The position numbers were made by a program, and so were the translations under genes. From Microcaecilia unicolor (taxonomy: Eukaryota), in contig NC_044037.1 of NCBI RefSeq assembly GCF_901765095.1, positions 104,423,279-104,487,278 of the forward strand: DNA of 64,000 nucleotides. Reading direction: 5' to 3'. Below are positions 23,346 to 36,579 of this stretch, piece by piece. The notes below the pieces were generated by a model. That model was not told the DNA's origin, ran no database searches, and worked only from the letters and a program-made list of their open reading frames with translations. Every line of letters starts with the position of its first letter. Within the stretch, counting starts at the first letter, position 1.

Positions 23346-24546
23346 GAAAGGGAGGAAGAGCTCAAATACCTGACTGCGGGGACAGGGAGCCTCAAAAGAA
23401 AGCAACCAAACCTGTGAGCTACTTTTTCCACGTTCTTGTTCTTTATTGTTGGTACCATTTTTATTTGATCCCACTTATATTTTCAAACATGCCAGCTTGT
23501 GCAGCATACGCATATACACACAGAGGAAGTATAATAACAGAATAACTTTTCATAGGTAGAGTAGTAATTTGCTATAAATTGTAATCAGTGTGTGATTTGG
23601 AGGGACTGGTTATAGAGACCCACGTGTGTGTGTGGGGGTGCTGCAGTGGACCCACGGAAAGGGAGGGGGCTGCTGGACCCGAAGGGGTTGCTGAAGAGAA
23701 GGGAGAAAGACACTGGACCACTGAGGTGAGGGAGGGCTGGCTGGACGGAAGGGAGAGAGGCACGCTGGACCCTTGGGGAGCTAGGGCTGGAGGAAAGAGA
23801 GAGGTGCTGGACCTGTAGGGGAGGAAGGGACACAGAGGGAAGATGCTAGACATCAGGGAACATAGGAATGCATAAGGGAGATGCTGGACATAGGTGGAGG
23901 GTATAGGGATAGGCTAAGGGCTCTCTCTGGCCAGGGGGCAGATGTCCTAGTTGCACCTCCCTAACACCATCTCTGGCATGTGTGATCTTTATATTTTGCA
24001 TCGTATAGGAGGAAATGTATATCTTTCTATTTCTGTGGTGTGGCTTCTTGTAGTTTTACATTAATATATGTTTATCATTTTTGGTCAGCTATTGGCATTT
24101 GTGTTCTGTGGGTGGGGGGGGGGGGGGGGGTGGCTGAGGTATTCTGTTAGCAAGAATTTTCTATGTAGCATTCTGTAGTAATTTGGCTTGTTCAGTTTTC
24201 CTGATAGTGGAGGGGATATTTGTGAGGGGAGACGGGGATTTTGTTGACCCTTGTTCTGTATTGTTTGTGATTTATAAAACAGTTATAAAAAGAAACAATA
24301 TTCTGTACATGTTAATAAAATGATTTAAATATAAAAATCAGAATGAGGCTTGGGGATGGGGCGGGGACAAGGAAACATTTTGTCCCCACGTCATTCTCTA
24401 CCTAGAGCCCTCCTAACAGCAAAGACCTGAGTAGCAGCTATACAGATAACCATATTACATCATCATATTAACACCAGATCCATCCCTGCTTTATCATCTT
24501 CTAGGAGCAGGGACTTTGCTGAATGCACTCTCCTCTTTCCCCTCAC

Positions 24547-24705
24547 CTTGCCAGTTTTGATGTCTCTCACATAGATACCCTCATTCTCATTCAGGGGGAT
24601 AGCCTCCCTGGTCAGCATCACTTCTACTTCCACAGGAGGCACATATTCCATAGGCCCCCGAATCATCCAGCGGTCTCCAGGCTTCCTTTCCACATCATTC
24701 CCGTC
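24547..24705 (-). CDS. MVP: MVP coding exon 8 ([53 protein letters not shown])
   Basis: Minus ORF 24463..24693. Acceptor gcatag|GAC, donor AAG|gtgagg. Matches human [47 protein letters not shown]. Confidence 0.88.
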
Positions 24706-25294
24706 CTATGCCAAGGGGAGAGAAGATCAAACATCTGCAGTTGTTCTGCCCACACAGTTTGTGTTTGCATGTTTACATCATGATCCTGTGAGCTGTGATG
24801 CTCAAAGCATAACAGCTTTGGGCAAAGATCATATAATCTTTACTCTTATAGGTCGAATGCTGCATGTGATCCATTCTCTCCAAGCTCATTGAAATCTCCT
24901 TGCATTCATGCCTTAGCTCAGGGTGTAATTTTTTTTACCCTATTAGGTAATTTACTGTATTCCTCCTTATGAGGCAGATATCTCCATTTTAGAATCTAAT
25001 CACTCTTTCCTCCCCTCTCTGCCTCTGTAAACTGCATTGTCTTTTTACCAATTATTCAATCATTCAGTCAGTCACACTCAACTGAAATATCTACATAACT
25101 CACCACACTTGTACTGACTCAGAATCATGGCAGCACTCTTGATTTCAACAATCTACAGCAAGTTCCTTGTTTGCCTATTTGCAATAAAATAGTTGAACTT
25201 AAGAAATTGAGTCATCTCATATGGATGCTGATCCGCTTGGTACCACAAAGCACTTCCTGTCTGTTGCAGAGTTCCACAGCTATCTGTCACTTAC

Positions 25295-25420
25295 CTCATC
25301 CTTCTCTTCCAGGCACTCCAAGGCTTTCAGCACCAGCCCCTCCTCCTCTGATAAGATGTACACATTCTGGATCCCGTTCTCCAGGTACTCCCCAGGCTGC
25401 AGGAAAAAGGATTTCTCCCC
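25295..25420 (-). CDS. MVP: MVP coding exon 7 ([42 protein letters not shown])
   Basis: Minus-strand translation. Acceptor ctacag|GGG, donor GAG|gtaagt. Matches human [43 protein letters not shown]. Confidence 0.88.
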
Positions 25421-26329
25421 CTGTAGGAGAACGCCAAGAGCTGTTTTAGTCCTCTACATGCTCACTCCAGCTCAGTGTTATGGTGTCCCGAGCCACAAGT
25501 TGCAAAATGGGGTAAATTTTCAGACAGCACAGACACTGGCGTTACCTTGGCACATTTTTTTTTTTAACTAAAGGGCAGTAGGCCTTTTGCACTTACCATG
25601 CATTAGGTGCAAAACTTTATGCAGGGTAAGTGCAAAGACTGTATGGTAAATGCAGAGGGCATGCCCAGTATCTGCCCTGCATTTACTACACAGGGCAAAC
25701 ATTTACTGCACAGGCACTGGCAGATAGCGTACTATGTAACACGGTTGCCAACCCAAGAAACATTCCTACTGCAGTGACAAACCTATACGATACAATCCCT
25801 GCCATCAAATCCGCTTCCCCCCAGCCCAACCCCCCCCCCCCCCCCCCCAATATCAGCCCTGACCCCTTCTGAAAGACCCTCCACCTGTGGGCCATCCCTG
25901 GTGGTCTAGTAGGACTGGGCAGGAGCAAGCCCCCTTCATTCCACCACATCTTGCTGTGGATGCAAAATGATGCCCGCTGACCCCTAGTGGTAGTATTGTA
26001 GTACTATTGCCAGCCTTCCAAATAAGGGCATAACTTATCCGAATCATGGCTAAGTATTGCCACCATCTGGATGATTTTCTGTCCTTCCTGCACTTTTCCC
26101 CTAACATAGCCCATAAATATATTGTTGATATTTAGCAACTTAAAAGGCCCAATATTATCTGTAAATTTTTTTTTTAAATACACGGATAGGCTAATTATGC
26201 ATTTGCCAGGATTGCCTTTGAATCTCGATCAGATAGAGTATATTCATTCATTCAAATGGAACATTCCCTGATGAACCAACTCCCCTAACAATGGGTGCAG
26301 AGCCAATGTACTTCTGTACTTTTCAAATG

Positions 26330-26690
26330 CCTCCCAACCAGTGGCGTTCCTAGTGTCGACGACACCCGGGGCGGATCGCCGATGCGCCCCCCCGGCGAAA
26401 TGACACCCCCCCCGGGTGCATGCTGCTGGGGGGGGGGGGGGGGGGGGTGCCGCGGCGCGCGCCTGTCGGCTGTGAGTTCGACTCGCTACGCTAAATTCTC
26501 TCGTTTGCTGCAGCTCCCTCCCTCTGCCCCGGAACAGGTTACTTCCTGTTCCGGGGCAGAGGGAGGGAGCTGCAGCGAACGAGAGAATTTAGCGTAGCGA
26601 TTCAAACTCGCAGCCGATAGGCGCTCGCCGCGGCACCCCGCCAGCGGCGTGCACCCGGGGCGGACCGCCCCCACCGCCCCTTGGTACGTC
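26330..26690 (+). repeat. Long GC-rich palindromic element with G21 tract (26427-26447) and central hairpin 26480-26600
   Basis: gactcgctacgctaaattctctcgtttgctgcagctccctccctctgccccggaacaggttacttcctgttccggggcagagggagggagctgcagcgaacgagagaatttagcgtagcgattc. The outer arms (gggcggatcgccgatgcgcc../..cacccggggcggaccgcc) also pair. Confidence 0.8.
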
Positions 26691-27560
26691 ACTGCTCCCA
26701 ACACCTCCCCAAACTATCTCCCCTCTCCATATTTCTATCCTTGGTATTGCAGCCCTACTCATACCTCTCACCCAATTAGCTAGACCCTCAGTCCCCACTA
26801 TTCCCCCACTCTTACACCATATCCAGTCCCCACTTACACTCCCAATACCCAGTCCATCTTAGGATCTGCCATCTTCTGGCCTCCCACCCAGATTCCCTGC
26901 TCTCCTGCATCCCTCATTCCCCCAGCACCTGCCCATCCACTTCCTTCTCCAATATTCATTGACCCTGTCTTTCCTCTTCATTACCTATCATCCAACCCTG
27001 CCCCCCCCCCCCCCCCACACTTTCCCACAGCATCAGCCCATTTCCAGTCCCTGCCTCTCCATCAATCCCCCTTTCCAGTTCCAATCAGTCTGCCTACTAC
27101 CCCTGGATGAATCCTTTTACACAATAATGGCACCTTTTGCCTTTGCCCCTGCTGCTGTACTGCCCTTCTGATGGCTCTGCCATAGCATTTTTAAAAGATG
27201 AAGATAAGCACTTAACAGAAATAGAAGTTTTTTTTCACCTTTTAAAAATTCCACAACAGCCAGCATCAAAACAGTATAGTGGCAGGACTGAAGCCACAAG
27301 CTCCCACTGCTGTGAAGCGGCAGACTGCTGATACAGGCTTTTGGCACTTTAAGCCAGTGCCTCACTGGCTCAGTCCTCATACTGACACTGCTCCTGCTAC
27401 TCCAAATAGACCTCACCACTCTCAGTGCAATCTAACTTGCTAATAAAAGGTAGGATTGGAAGTTGAGTCTACAAGTGTACTACCTCCATATAAGTCAATG
27501 CTGAAGGTTACAGAGTGAAGGCTGGTGGCTGCACTGGGATTAATGTTAGGACATATTTAC

Positions 27561-27797
27561 CTTGACCACTTTCTTTTGGCCCAGCTGGGGTTTGCCATCC
27601 AGTCCCACAGGATCTAGCACGACACAGTATTGACGACTGTTGAGTGTGGTGATTTCTACAATGCCAACCACTTCCTCATAGACATTGGGGATGTGGGCCT
27701 CTGTGTCCTGCATGGTGACCAGCCACTCCTCCCCGACTTTGCGCAGTGGCCCCTTGTCCTCCCGAAATGTCTTTGTGGCCCGTAAGTGCAATGCTTT
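27561..27797 (-). CDS. MVP: MVP coding exon 6 ([79 protein letters not shown])
   Basis: Contained in minus ORF 27546..27833. Acceptor gtgcag|AAA, donor AAG|gtaaat. Matches human [79 protein letters not shown]. Confidence 0.9.
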
Positions 27798-27892
27798 CTG
27801 CACGAGCGGGGAGAAAGGTGTGAGAGCCAGCAAGAAGCAGCAATGTCACAGTCAAGAGCACTTTTATAGGAAAAAATGTATTAAATACATAC

Positions 27893-27987
27893 CTTTTCGG
27901 TAAGGATGAAGGCATCAACTATGTCCACAACTTCTTCAAAGACCCCAGGGAGATATGCACCCACCTTCTTCACGAGCCACTCCTCCC
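27893..27987 (-). CDS. MVP: MVP coding exon 5 ([31 protein letters not shown])
   Basis: Acceptor ctgcag|GG, donor AAG|gtatgt. Matches human [31 protein letters not shown]. Confidence 0.9.
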
Positions 27988-30185
27988 CTGCAGATATCAA
28001 AAGGAGGAATAAGAGGGGAAAAAAAGTGCAACAGGGAGGGGCAAAGAGTCATATACAGAAAGTACTGTAGAGCTTGGGACATTATGGCTAAAAGACAAAT
28101 GTTAACACTTAGGCCTCAATGTAATAAAAAAACAAATTACAATTTACAATAATTTTTGGCATACATTTTAATTAACTCACCCATCAAAAAAGGTCTTAAC
28201 ACATGATGCGCTAATGTATTGGTGTGAGGGGGTTTACAGAACACTGCCCCACACCCTTAAGTTACCTCTTTAACTAGCCTGAGCCACATTAAGAGCACTG
28301 ATCCTGCCCCAGCAGGAAGTGAGCTGGGACTGAGAGGGGTGGAGTCAATTCTTGTGAGTTTAAAAGACAGGGCCAGGCTGAGGTTAAGGAGGCCCAGGCA
28401 AGAAAGAACTGAGCCCCAGCTTACGCCTTTACTGAATACTTCTAGCTGCAGTCACTTGGCTGAGGTAAGCCAATCTTTTATTTCAAGATTTGCAAGCCTT
28501 TTTCTGAGGTCTAGCTGGAGCCAGACCTGGAAATCCAAAGAGAAACTCCAACCTGTGTTTGAGGCATGGCAATCACAGCCATAGACTATGTTTTCGGCCC
28601 TGTAGGGCACAGGCCCATGCTAAGACTTTTTTCCCCTCTGAAGATAAGAGTCTTTACCTTTGTTCTAGGCCTAGAGTGGAGGGTGGGCTCACAATAACAT
28701 AGCAGGATAAGGTTGTAAACATGAAATAAGTGCTTTATTAACTTAAATCTGAGGCATTCTATGTTATTGTGAAGGCCCACCCTCAACTCTTGCTCACAGT
28801 ATCACAATTGGGCATGAAAAAATTCATGCTAGACCCAAATAAAACTGGATGCAAAGCCAAGTACATTGGGTGATGCTTAAAAAATGGTAAAAGAGAAAAA
28901 ATATTACTACTGGTTTTCAAACAGAAAAAAAACTGGAGGCTCTCTAGTCTGGCCCATAAGCCCCAAGCCAAAGGGACTCTGGTGAGCCTAATATCCCTCA
29001 CCTACCTTCTACCATCAACCTCCAATGGTGCCTTCATACTTACTAATGAAAGAGAAAGCCTCCTCCCCCTTTTCTGATCTTCTTGTGTGGCAGTCATTTT
29101 AAACACTCATGGGTTCAGCTGGGTCACTAACTTCAATTGAACCAGCGCTATTTTTTAAAATATTCTTTTATTAAAGTCATATAAAACAAGATAATAGGAT
29201 CAGAAAACCGTACAGTACAGAATGCCATTAAGAAGAAACCATCCACAGCCAAAGAACTTCCGAATTTTTCACATTTTCACCCAATTCCCACCCTTCACCA
29301 CCACCCTAAAAGGTTACCGAACAACAGATACAGTGAGCTATCCCGATCTGAGTCATCCACTACTGACCAACAGATACATTGAGCTATCCTGAACCAGTAC
29401 TATTTTTAATATGGCAACCACACAGGTGGAGCAAAGAAAAGAATAGGAAAGGGTCATGGTAACATCACAAGATAGAGGGGTACATGGAGGAGGTGGGGAG
29501 CAGATAGAATGACTATCCTGGGACCAGTTTGACTTTCTGCTCCCAAGATACAGTTCTACTGGAGTGGGGGTCCCAAATTTAGGTCTCCTGGTATCCCCAG
29601 TTTGGGGAGTCCAGGTCTCAGGATGGATGAATATATCTATATATAAATAAAATTTATTTTCATTTAAATAAATGGAAGGGGGAGGAGGAAAAAAGCTTTA
29701 CTTCAATTCTAGGGTTGCTGTTAAAAATTCAGTGCTAAGAGGTGAAGACAAAGTTTGTTTGGTGCATTTTCTTGACTGAAAGTAATTCCACGTTCAAAGT
29801 CTTTTCCTTCCATCTTCAAGGAAGTATAATAAACTCACAATCACTTATTTTAACATGCACTGTAATGGCATTGAGCCCAGTATCAAAAAGAAGAAACCAG
29901 CCCTCAGAAATGCACACTAAAACCAAAGCTAAACCGTGTACTAACCTTCATGCATTTTATTACATTGGAGTTTTAATAAGCTAACAAGCCCTCCCCTCTT
30001 CCCTGGGCTTAGATAATATCAGAAGTTCTCCCCAGAGTGAGTTCTGAGCTGTGTTGAATGTCACAGGTAAACAAAAGTCATAGTTAAGCCCTGATTCTGA
30101 CTAGGGTATGAGATCATGACATTAATTTTTCAAAACTCACTCATTGTTCCCTTAACTCTAGTTCCCAGCGCAGCCCTTGGTTTAC

Positions 30186-30317
30186 CTGTCACCCGGTCAT
30201 GTCCCTCCCGGTCCTTGCACTCCTTCCGTGCTCTCAGCCGGATGGCTTGGTTGTGGTGGATCACTGTAGCCTGAATGGTCTCTACCACCTCCACCTCCTT
30301 CCGTGGAATATATGTCC
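30186..30317 (-). CDS. MVP: MVP coding exon 4 ([45 protein letters not shown])
   Basis: Acceptor ctccag|GG, donor ACAG|gtaaac. Matches human [44 protein letters not shown]. Confidence 0.9.
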
Positions 30318-30654
30318 CTGGAGAAAATCAGAGAGGAGCCCTCAATACCTCAGCAGAGACTGAAGTCACTACACGATCCTTCTATAAACTGCCCCAAAAT
30401 GCAACAGCCATGCTATAACAGGTCTGTGGTAGACACCACATTGGAGAGAAGCTTGCACGGTTTCCTGTGCTATACTTTTGAGGCAAAATACATGAAACAC
30501 AGATACATCCTCAAATAAATACACTGTAAGGGGGGTAATTTTATAAGGGGTCATGTACTTTAAGCGGTCAAGTACATGCCTACGTTTGCAGTATTTTAGT
30601 CATTTATACGTATATGTGGCCACAAATGCATGTAAAATACCTTTTATAAAATAC

Positions 30655-30990
30655 CAATCAGTACATAAGAACATAAGAATAGCCACACTGGGGCAGACTG
30701 ACAGTTCATCTAGCCCAGTATCCTGCTTCCAGAAGTGGCCAATCCAGGTCACAAATACCTGGAAGAATCCCAATTAGTAGCAAAATTCCATGCTACCAAT
30801 ACCAGGAACAGCAGTGGCTTTCCCATGTATCGCAATAGCAGACTACGGATTATTCCTCCAGGAACTTGTCCAAACTTTTTTTAAACCCAGATACGCTAAC
30901 TGCTGTTAGCGCTGTTACCACACCCTCTGGCAACGAGTTCCAAAGCTTAACAATTCATTGAGTGAAAAAGTATTTCCTCCTATTTGTTTA
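30655..30990 (-). mobile_element. CR1-like LINE 3' end fragment (3' tail plus short C-terminal ORF2 remnant), reverse orientation
   Basis: 30660-30770 aagaacataagaatagccacactggggcagactgacagttcatctagcccagtatcctgcttccagaagtggccaatccaggtcacaaatacctgg is the reverse complement of the CR1 tail at 4130-4330. Minus-strand ..KLWNSLPEGVV-like coding remnants follow at 30840-30990. Confidence 0.75.
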
Positions 30991-31199
30991 GTATTACATG
31001 TAACTTCATTGTCCCTTAATCTTTGTACTTTTTGAAAGAATAAATTGATTCATGTTTACCCAATCTACAACAGGATTTTGAAGACCTCTGTCATCCCCCC
31101 TCAGCTGTCTCTTTTCCAAGCTAATCTGTTTAGCCTTTCCTCATACAAGAGGCATTCAATCGGAGGCACTGGTAAGCACCAAGACCAATGACAGCATAA

Positions 31200-31930
31200 G
31201 GAGTGAGCTCTGAGGAATCTCATAAAAAGCAGGGGCGTAGCCACGGGCGGGCCTGGGCCCACCCAATTTTGGGTCAGGCCCGCCCAGCAGCAAAGTTCCT
31301 GACGGTGATTCCAGTCGCAGGCTCCGCTCGCACTCGCAGCGATTCCCACACGCTGCCTGCCGGCTGCCGCTCAATCTCCTTGCGCTACTAAGCGCTAACC
31401 CGGAAGTCTCTTCTCTGCAGCAGAGACTTCCAGGTTAGCGCTTAGTAGCGCAAGGAGATTGTTGAGCGGCAGCCGGCAGGCAGCGTGTGGGAATCGCTGC
31501 GACTGCGAGCGGAGCCTGCGAGTAGAATCGCCGTCAGGAACACTGCTGCTGGGCGGGCCTGCAAGGAGGGTGAGATGCTGCAGCTGCACGGGGGGGAGGG
31601 AAGACGGGGGACACAGCAGCTGATGGAAAGAAAGATGCTGCACAGGGGGGAGGGAAGATGGAAAGATGAGGCTTGGTTGGTGAGTGAGGGAGATGCACGG
31701 GGAAAAAGGGAGAGATGCAGCAAAGGGGTGGAGGGGTGAGGAAGGGAGAAGTCTTGGCTGTGTATGAGGTGGAGGGGAGGGACACATGCTGCATACAGAG
31801 GGGATAGGTGGGGAGGGGGAGAAATTGTGGGTATAGTGGTGGAGGGAGGGCGGAGCAGAGAAAATTTTGTGCCCACCCAGTTTGGGCTCAGGCCCACCCA
31901 AAACTGGCTGTCTGGCTACGCCACTGCTAA
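31200..31930 (+). mobile_element. TIR-bounded non-autonomous element: about 60-bp terminal inverted repeats (GCAGGGGCGTAGCCACGGGCGGGCCTGGGCCCACCCAATTTTGGGTCAGGCCCGCC) with an internal 270-bp perfect hairpin and an AG/CT-rich body
   Basis: 31220-31275 is the reverse complement of 31865-31925. The internal palindrome 31290-31560 is centred on aagtctcttctctgcagcagagactt. TIR-like half-sites with adjacent CT-rich sequence also occur at 780-850 and 1200-1270. Confidence 0.7.
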
Positions 31931-33289
31931 AAAGACTCTTTTTCCAACCTAATTTGTGAGTTAAATGTTGCTGCACCAGTTTTGTTAGCATTTATAGTAT
32001 GTTATTTGGGAAAACTTTTAAAACAGAGGTGGCAAATTCCTTTTCTATCAAAAGTAAAAGACACAAAACCCGAGCCTCTATCCTCACAAAAAATGGCATC
32101 TGGCAAACTGGAAGAGCAGTAGTGTGCTGGAGCTGACTCGCACCGGCTCACAAGAGCTGGCTGTTAAAAAACACTTTGTGAGGCGGTTGTTGAACAGGCT
32201 GGTACACAGTGGTGTACAGTGAACATCTGTTTTTTTTTCTCCCCACTAAAGGTAACAGCATCGTCCTCATCTCTCCCTCCTCTATCCCCCCCCCCCCCCC
32301 CCACGAGTCCAGCACACCTCTCAACTTTCAATTACTCTTCCAGCTGCACTAGCAGTAACACTACCTGGCCAACTCGGAGTCATTTCTCTGCCAGATCCCG
32401 CCCACACGTAAACAGAAAGTTGCATCAGTGGGCCAGGACATGGCAGAGAAAAGGCTCCAGGTCGGCCAGGTAGTGTATTATCACTAGTGCTGATGGATGA
32501 GTAGTGATGTTTGAAGGACAGCCGGTGATTGGGGGTGGGGGGGTGGGGGGAAGCCCAACCTAAAGCTTAAAGCCCACCTCTTTGCTACTGCTTTCGACTC
32601 CTAACCATGACTCACTTATCACCCCTACCACTGCAATTTCCCCACCCCTAGCTGTCTGTTCGTCTGTCCAATTTAGATTGTAAGCTCTGTTGAGCAGGGA
32701 CTGTCTTTTCATGTTAATTTGTACAACGCTGCGTAAGTCTAGTAGCGCTATAGAAATGTTTAATAGTAGTAGTAGTAGTAGGAAGGACTGGACTTGTGAA
32801 GTAGGGTAAAAGATTTGTTTTTTTTTTGGGGGGGGGGGCTGGGGGAGAAGTGTTGGATTTGCAGGTGAGGGGGAGAGGAGAGATATTGGACTTTTGAGGC
32901 GCACTGGGGCAGGAAAAATGCCAGACAATAGATGAGGAAACCAGGGAGAGAGAGGGGAGATGCTGGGTGAGGGGTGGGAGAGAGTGATTAAGAGAGAGAT
33001 GCTGGACTGTGGGATGCAGGGAAGAGAGGAAGAGAGATGCTGGGCCTACAAGCACATGCGACTATAGAAATCCAAACACTGCTCCTTCCCGAATTGTGTA
33101 GGCACTAAACCACATTTAGCAAGCTTTCACTTCTAATATGCTATTTACTGCCTACATGGATAGGCTAGGTTTCCTGCAGCCTCTCTCCCCTTGAAGCCAC
33201 TGCCTGAAAGAACATTAAAGCTGCATTTTTTTTCAGGGGGAGGGAGGAGGAAGGGGAGGACAGGGAGCTGCTGGACCATAGGGGATGAA

Positions 33290-33312
33290 AAGAGAGAGAG
33301 AGAGAGAGAGAG

Positions 33313-33343
<31 letters not shown>

Positions 33344-33350
33344 GATGCTG
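33290..33350. repeat. (GA)n/(GAAA)n microsatellite
   Basis: agagagagagagagagagaaagaaagaaagagagagagagagagagag, directly visible. Confidence 0.95.
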
Positions 33351-34959
33351 AGCTACGAGTGTGGGTGAAGAAAAAGAAAGGACAGTCTGGGCTGGGCTAC
33401 AGTGGTGTAAGAAGAAAAGATACTGGGCATGGAGGAACCTTGTGTAAGAGATTATGGGGATTTTCCAAGAGATGAGTAATAAAAGGATGGTACAAGAGGA
33501 GTAATGGGGAGTAGGTGAAAGATAAGTGATGAGGAAGCCAGGGAAGGAGTGAGACAGGAGGCAATAGAAAGTTGATAAGTGAAATATTAGGTGGAGGACT
33601 GAAGAGTGAGAGGGTAAAATTTGAGTGGGCAGACTCAAATTTTAGAGACTGAGCAGAGAAAATATGTCAAGAGATGAATTAGTGAGGAAATGAAAGAAGC
33701 TAGGAAGAAAGTTGAGAAAAGGACAAATGAACAGCACACATTGGAAAGAGAGCAGAAGACAGAACAGCAGAGAGAAACTGGGACCAAATATGATTAGAAA
33801 AATAAAATGCCCAGAATACAAAGGTAGAAAAACTGTTTTGTTTTGAATTTATTAACTGGAGTATGCTAGCTTTGGGAAATGTGTATTTGTATTTTGTTCA
33901 GTACAGGAGGAAATGCATTTCCATTTTAATTTCTCTCAGGTTGTAGTACCTACCTAGCTTTACTTCTTGGGGTTCCCAGTTTAATTTTGTCTTCATATTT
34001 ATATTTCTAATGTGTGATCCCTTGTTCTGTATTTGGTGAGGGTTTGTCTTTGATTTGTGTGGTGTGATAGTCTGTTTGCATATTGTTCTACCAGTAGTAG
34101 TTATATTGATCTTTTAGATCCCCATGAACTATGTAGCACTACCTATTCTTAAGTAGGGTTCATGTTGCTAGAATCACAGGAATTAGTGCTAGAATTAGTG
34201 TTAAATCAGTTTGCTACATGTGTTGTTTTTTTCCAGGTTTTGTATTATTTTACAGTGTGCCTGATAGTGAAGAGATTTATGTTGCTATTACTCAGATAGC
34301 ATAGAAAAGAACATTTCTGATTCTCATGTCAACTTCCATGGATAAAATATACTAGTTATGATCTGAACCTGTTGTTGGTGGGAGATTTGGTATTTCTGGA
34401 TGCCAAGCATGGTTACATTTAATTCATAAGAACTGCCATACTGTTTCACACCAAAGGTCCATGAAGGTCATATAATGCAGTGTGTCATATATGCTAGCAT
34501 TATTCATCAAGTGAGTCTGCTCTAGAGAATTCTGGCAACAATTACTATTACTGCTATCACTTACTATTTCTAAAGCACTACCAAGCGAATACAGCACTAT
34601 AGCCACATCGTAACTCTGTTATGTCCAGCAACTAGGAAGGGTTAAGCTTCTGCTGGGCCTGTGCCTTGCTACGCTCTGATAGCCGTATTAAAATAATTCA
34701 CTTCCTGAGCTCAGGATAAATGAGGGCTGTGCCTTTTCAGCTCCAATACAATTTTATTTCAGAATACTGAACTATATTTTGAACAGATTTGCTCACAGGG
34801 GTGAGTTTCGAGAGGCTGTATGGCCATATGGAGTTTACAGTAAAGAATATTGTATGTTTTAATATTATTTGTAAATCGGTTGCTACACTGTACCTTTGTA
34901 CCAATAATATGTATAATAAAGTAAATTGAGGGGTTTTTTTTGGAAAGAGTCCATTGTTA

Positions 34960-35175
34960 CATAAGAACATAAGAGTAGCCATAGGGGCTCATTTTCAAAG
35001 CACTTAGCCTTACAAAGTTCCACAGATTACAATGTAACTTTGTAAGTCTAAATGCTTTGAAAATACGCCTCATACTGGGTCAGACCAAGGTCCATCTAGC
35101 CCAGTATCCTGTTTTCCAAACAGTGGCCAAGCCAGGTCACAAGTACCTGGCATAAACCCAAATCATGGCAACACT
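34960..35175 (-). mobile_element. CR1 3' tail fragment (reverse) interrupted by the 85-bp palindrome
   Basis: aagaacataagagtagccatagggg[palindrome]tactgggtcagaccaaggtccatctagcccagtatcctgttttccaaacagtggccaagccaggtcacaagtacctggc. Confidence 0.75.
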
Positions 35176-35689
35176 CCATACTACAAATCCCAGGGCAAGC
35201 AGTTGTTAAACATTTACCAGAACACCACTGCGGAAGAAATATCACTGGAAACCATTATGACTGAAATACAGGCAATTAAAGAACTCATTGCTGATGCTAA
35301 AAAGGACACTGCTGAAATAAAATTAGAACTGCTCTAAAAAGTAATATGGCTGTCTTTCACACCGGGATGGATATGCAGCTGTCACTGAGCCAGGCTGGGC
35401 TGCTCTGGTCTCTCCATCAATCAAAGTGTTTCAGGTTGGATGGCTATTTGTATTTTGTTTGAATGTATTGTAAGCCTGAATTGTTTACTACATCTTTGCA
35501 TTTTGGATTTTAAATTTTTTTAAAAACTTCTACAAATTAAACAGAGAAAAAAAAATCAAATACTCAAATCATACAGAATCAAATTCATAAATAAATCTTA
35601 AGAGGATATCTTTAAAAAAATATTAAAAGAAAAACATGTTAGATCCATGCATAAAATACATAATGTAGCCAAAACAAGTAATGAAGATA

Positions 35690-35865
35690 CATCGGGGTCC
35701 TTTTACTAAGGTGCTATAATGGATTTAGGGTGTGCACCAAAGATTAGCATGTGCTAAATGACATGCCAATTATATTCTTATGGGCATCTTATTTAGCACG
35801 CTCTAAATCTGTTAGTGCACCTTAGTAAAAGGACCCATAGGTAAAAGGTACATGCTAATGTGCAG
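35690..35865 (+). mobile_element. MITE (GGGGTCCTTTTACTAAGGTGC TIRs), related to 48035-48425
   Basis: Perfect terminal inverted repeats of about 21 bp are visible in the sequence. Confidence 0.75.
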
Positions 35866-36039
35866 CTGATAAACAGAATTCTGCTGAATCGTGAGCTTGA
35901 CAGTGGCATAGTGAACAGATCAATATAACAATATCCAGTAAGTCGTGGTGTATCATAGTACATGTATATACCTGGTTATGCTAGTATTCTAAATATGCAC
36001 CTATTTTCCTTTATACAATGGCTACCTATATAGTAACAT

Positions 36040-36335
36040 AGTAAATGACAGCAGATAAAGACCTGTACAGTCCATCCAGTCTGCCCAACAAGATAAACTC
36101 ATTTTACATGGTATGCAATACTTTATATGTATACCCAAGTTTGATTTGTCCTTGCCATTCTCAGGGCACAGACTGTAGAAGTCTGCCCAGCACTCTTCTT
36201 GTTCTGAAGCTAACGTCGAAGCCCCTTAAAATTTACACTCAAGCCCATCCATATCCATTCAGTCACAACCAGGACGTAGACCGTAGAAGTCTGCCCAGCA
36301 CCGGTTTTGCTTTCCAATTACTGGCGCACTATTGT
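36040..36335 (-). mobile_element. LINE family 2 3' tail fragment (reverse)
   Basis: gtaacatagtaaatgacagcagataaagacctgtacagtccatccagtctgcccaacaagataaactca..ggcacagactgtagaagtctgcccagcac. This is the reverse complement of the 55700-55900 tail, including the GGGCAGACTT..GTCTGTGCC motif twice. Confidence 0.75.
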
Positions 36336-36455
36336 AAAAATTATCCCCTCTATACTTTTAGTACCATATATACAAACGGCCATGCCTCTGAAGTTTCCCC
36401 AACTCAAAGCATGCAGGGGAGGACATCAGAAGACAAGGCAGTGAATGTGACTCAC

Positions 36456-36579
36456 CAGGACCCTCAAAGAGCCACTCATCTCCTGCTACAAACTTGTCCC
36501 CAGCATCATCCTCAAAATCGAGCAGCGCCTTCAGATGTAGGGCAGTGTTTGCAATGACAATCTTCAGGGGTGTGATGCC
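36456..36579 (-). CDS. MVP: MVP coding exon 3 ([41 protein letters not shown] + 1 nt)
   Basis: Acceptor cacacag|GGC, donor G|gtgagt. Matches human [41 protein letters not shown]. Confidence 0.9.

Noticed and set aside
22853-23545. Two opposite-strand overlapping ORFs of about 200 aa (22853..23458 minus and 22952..23545 plus) considered as genes
   Set aside because: The region is a palindromic element (arms 23105-23165 and 23275-23340), so both strands give similar low-complexity ORFs. Neither shows protein-family similarity.
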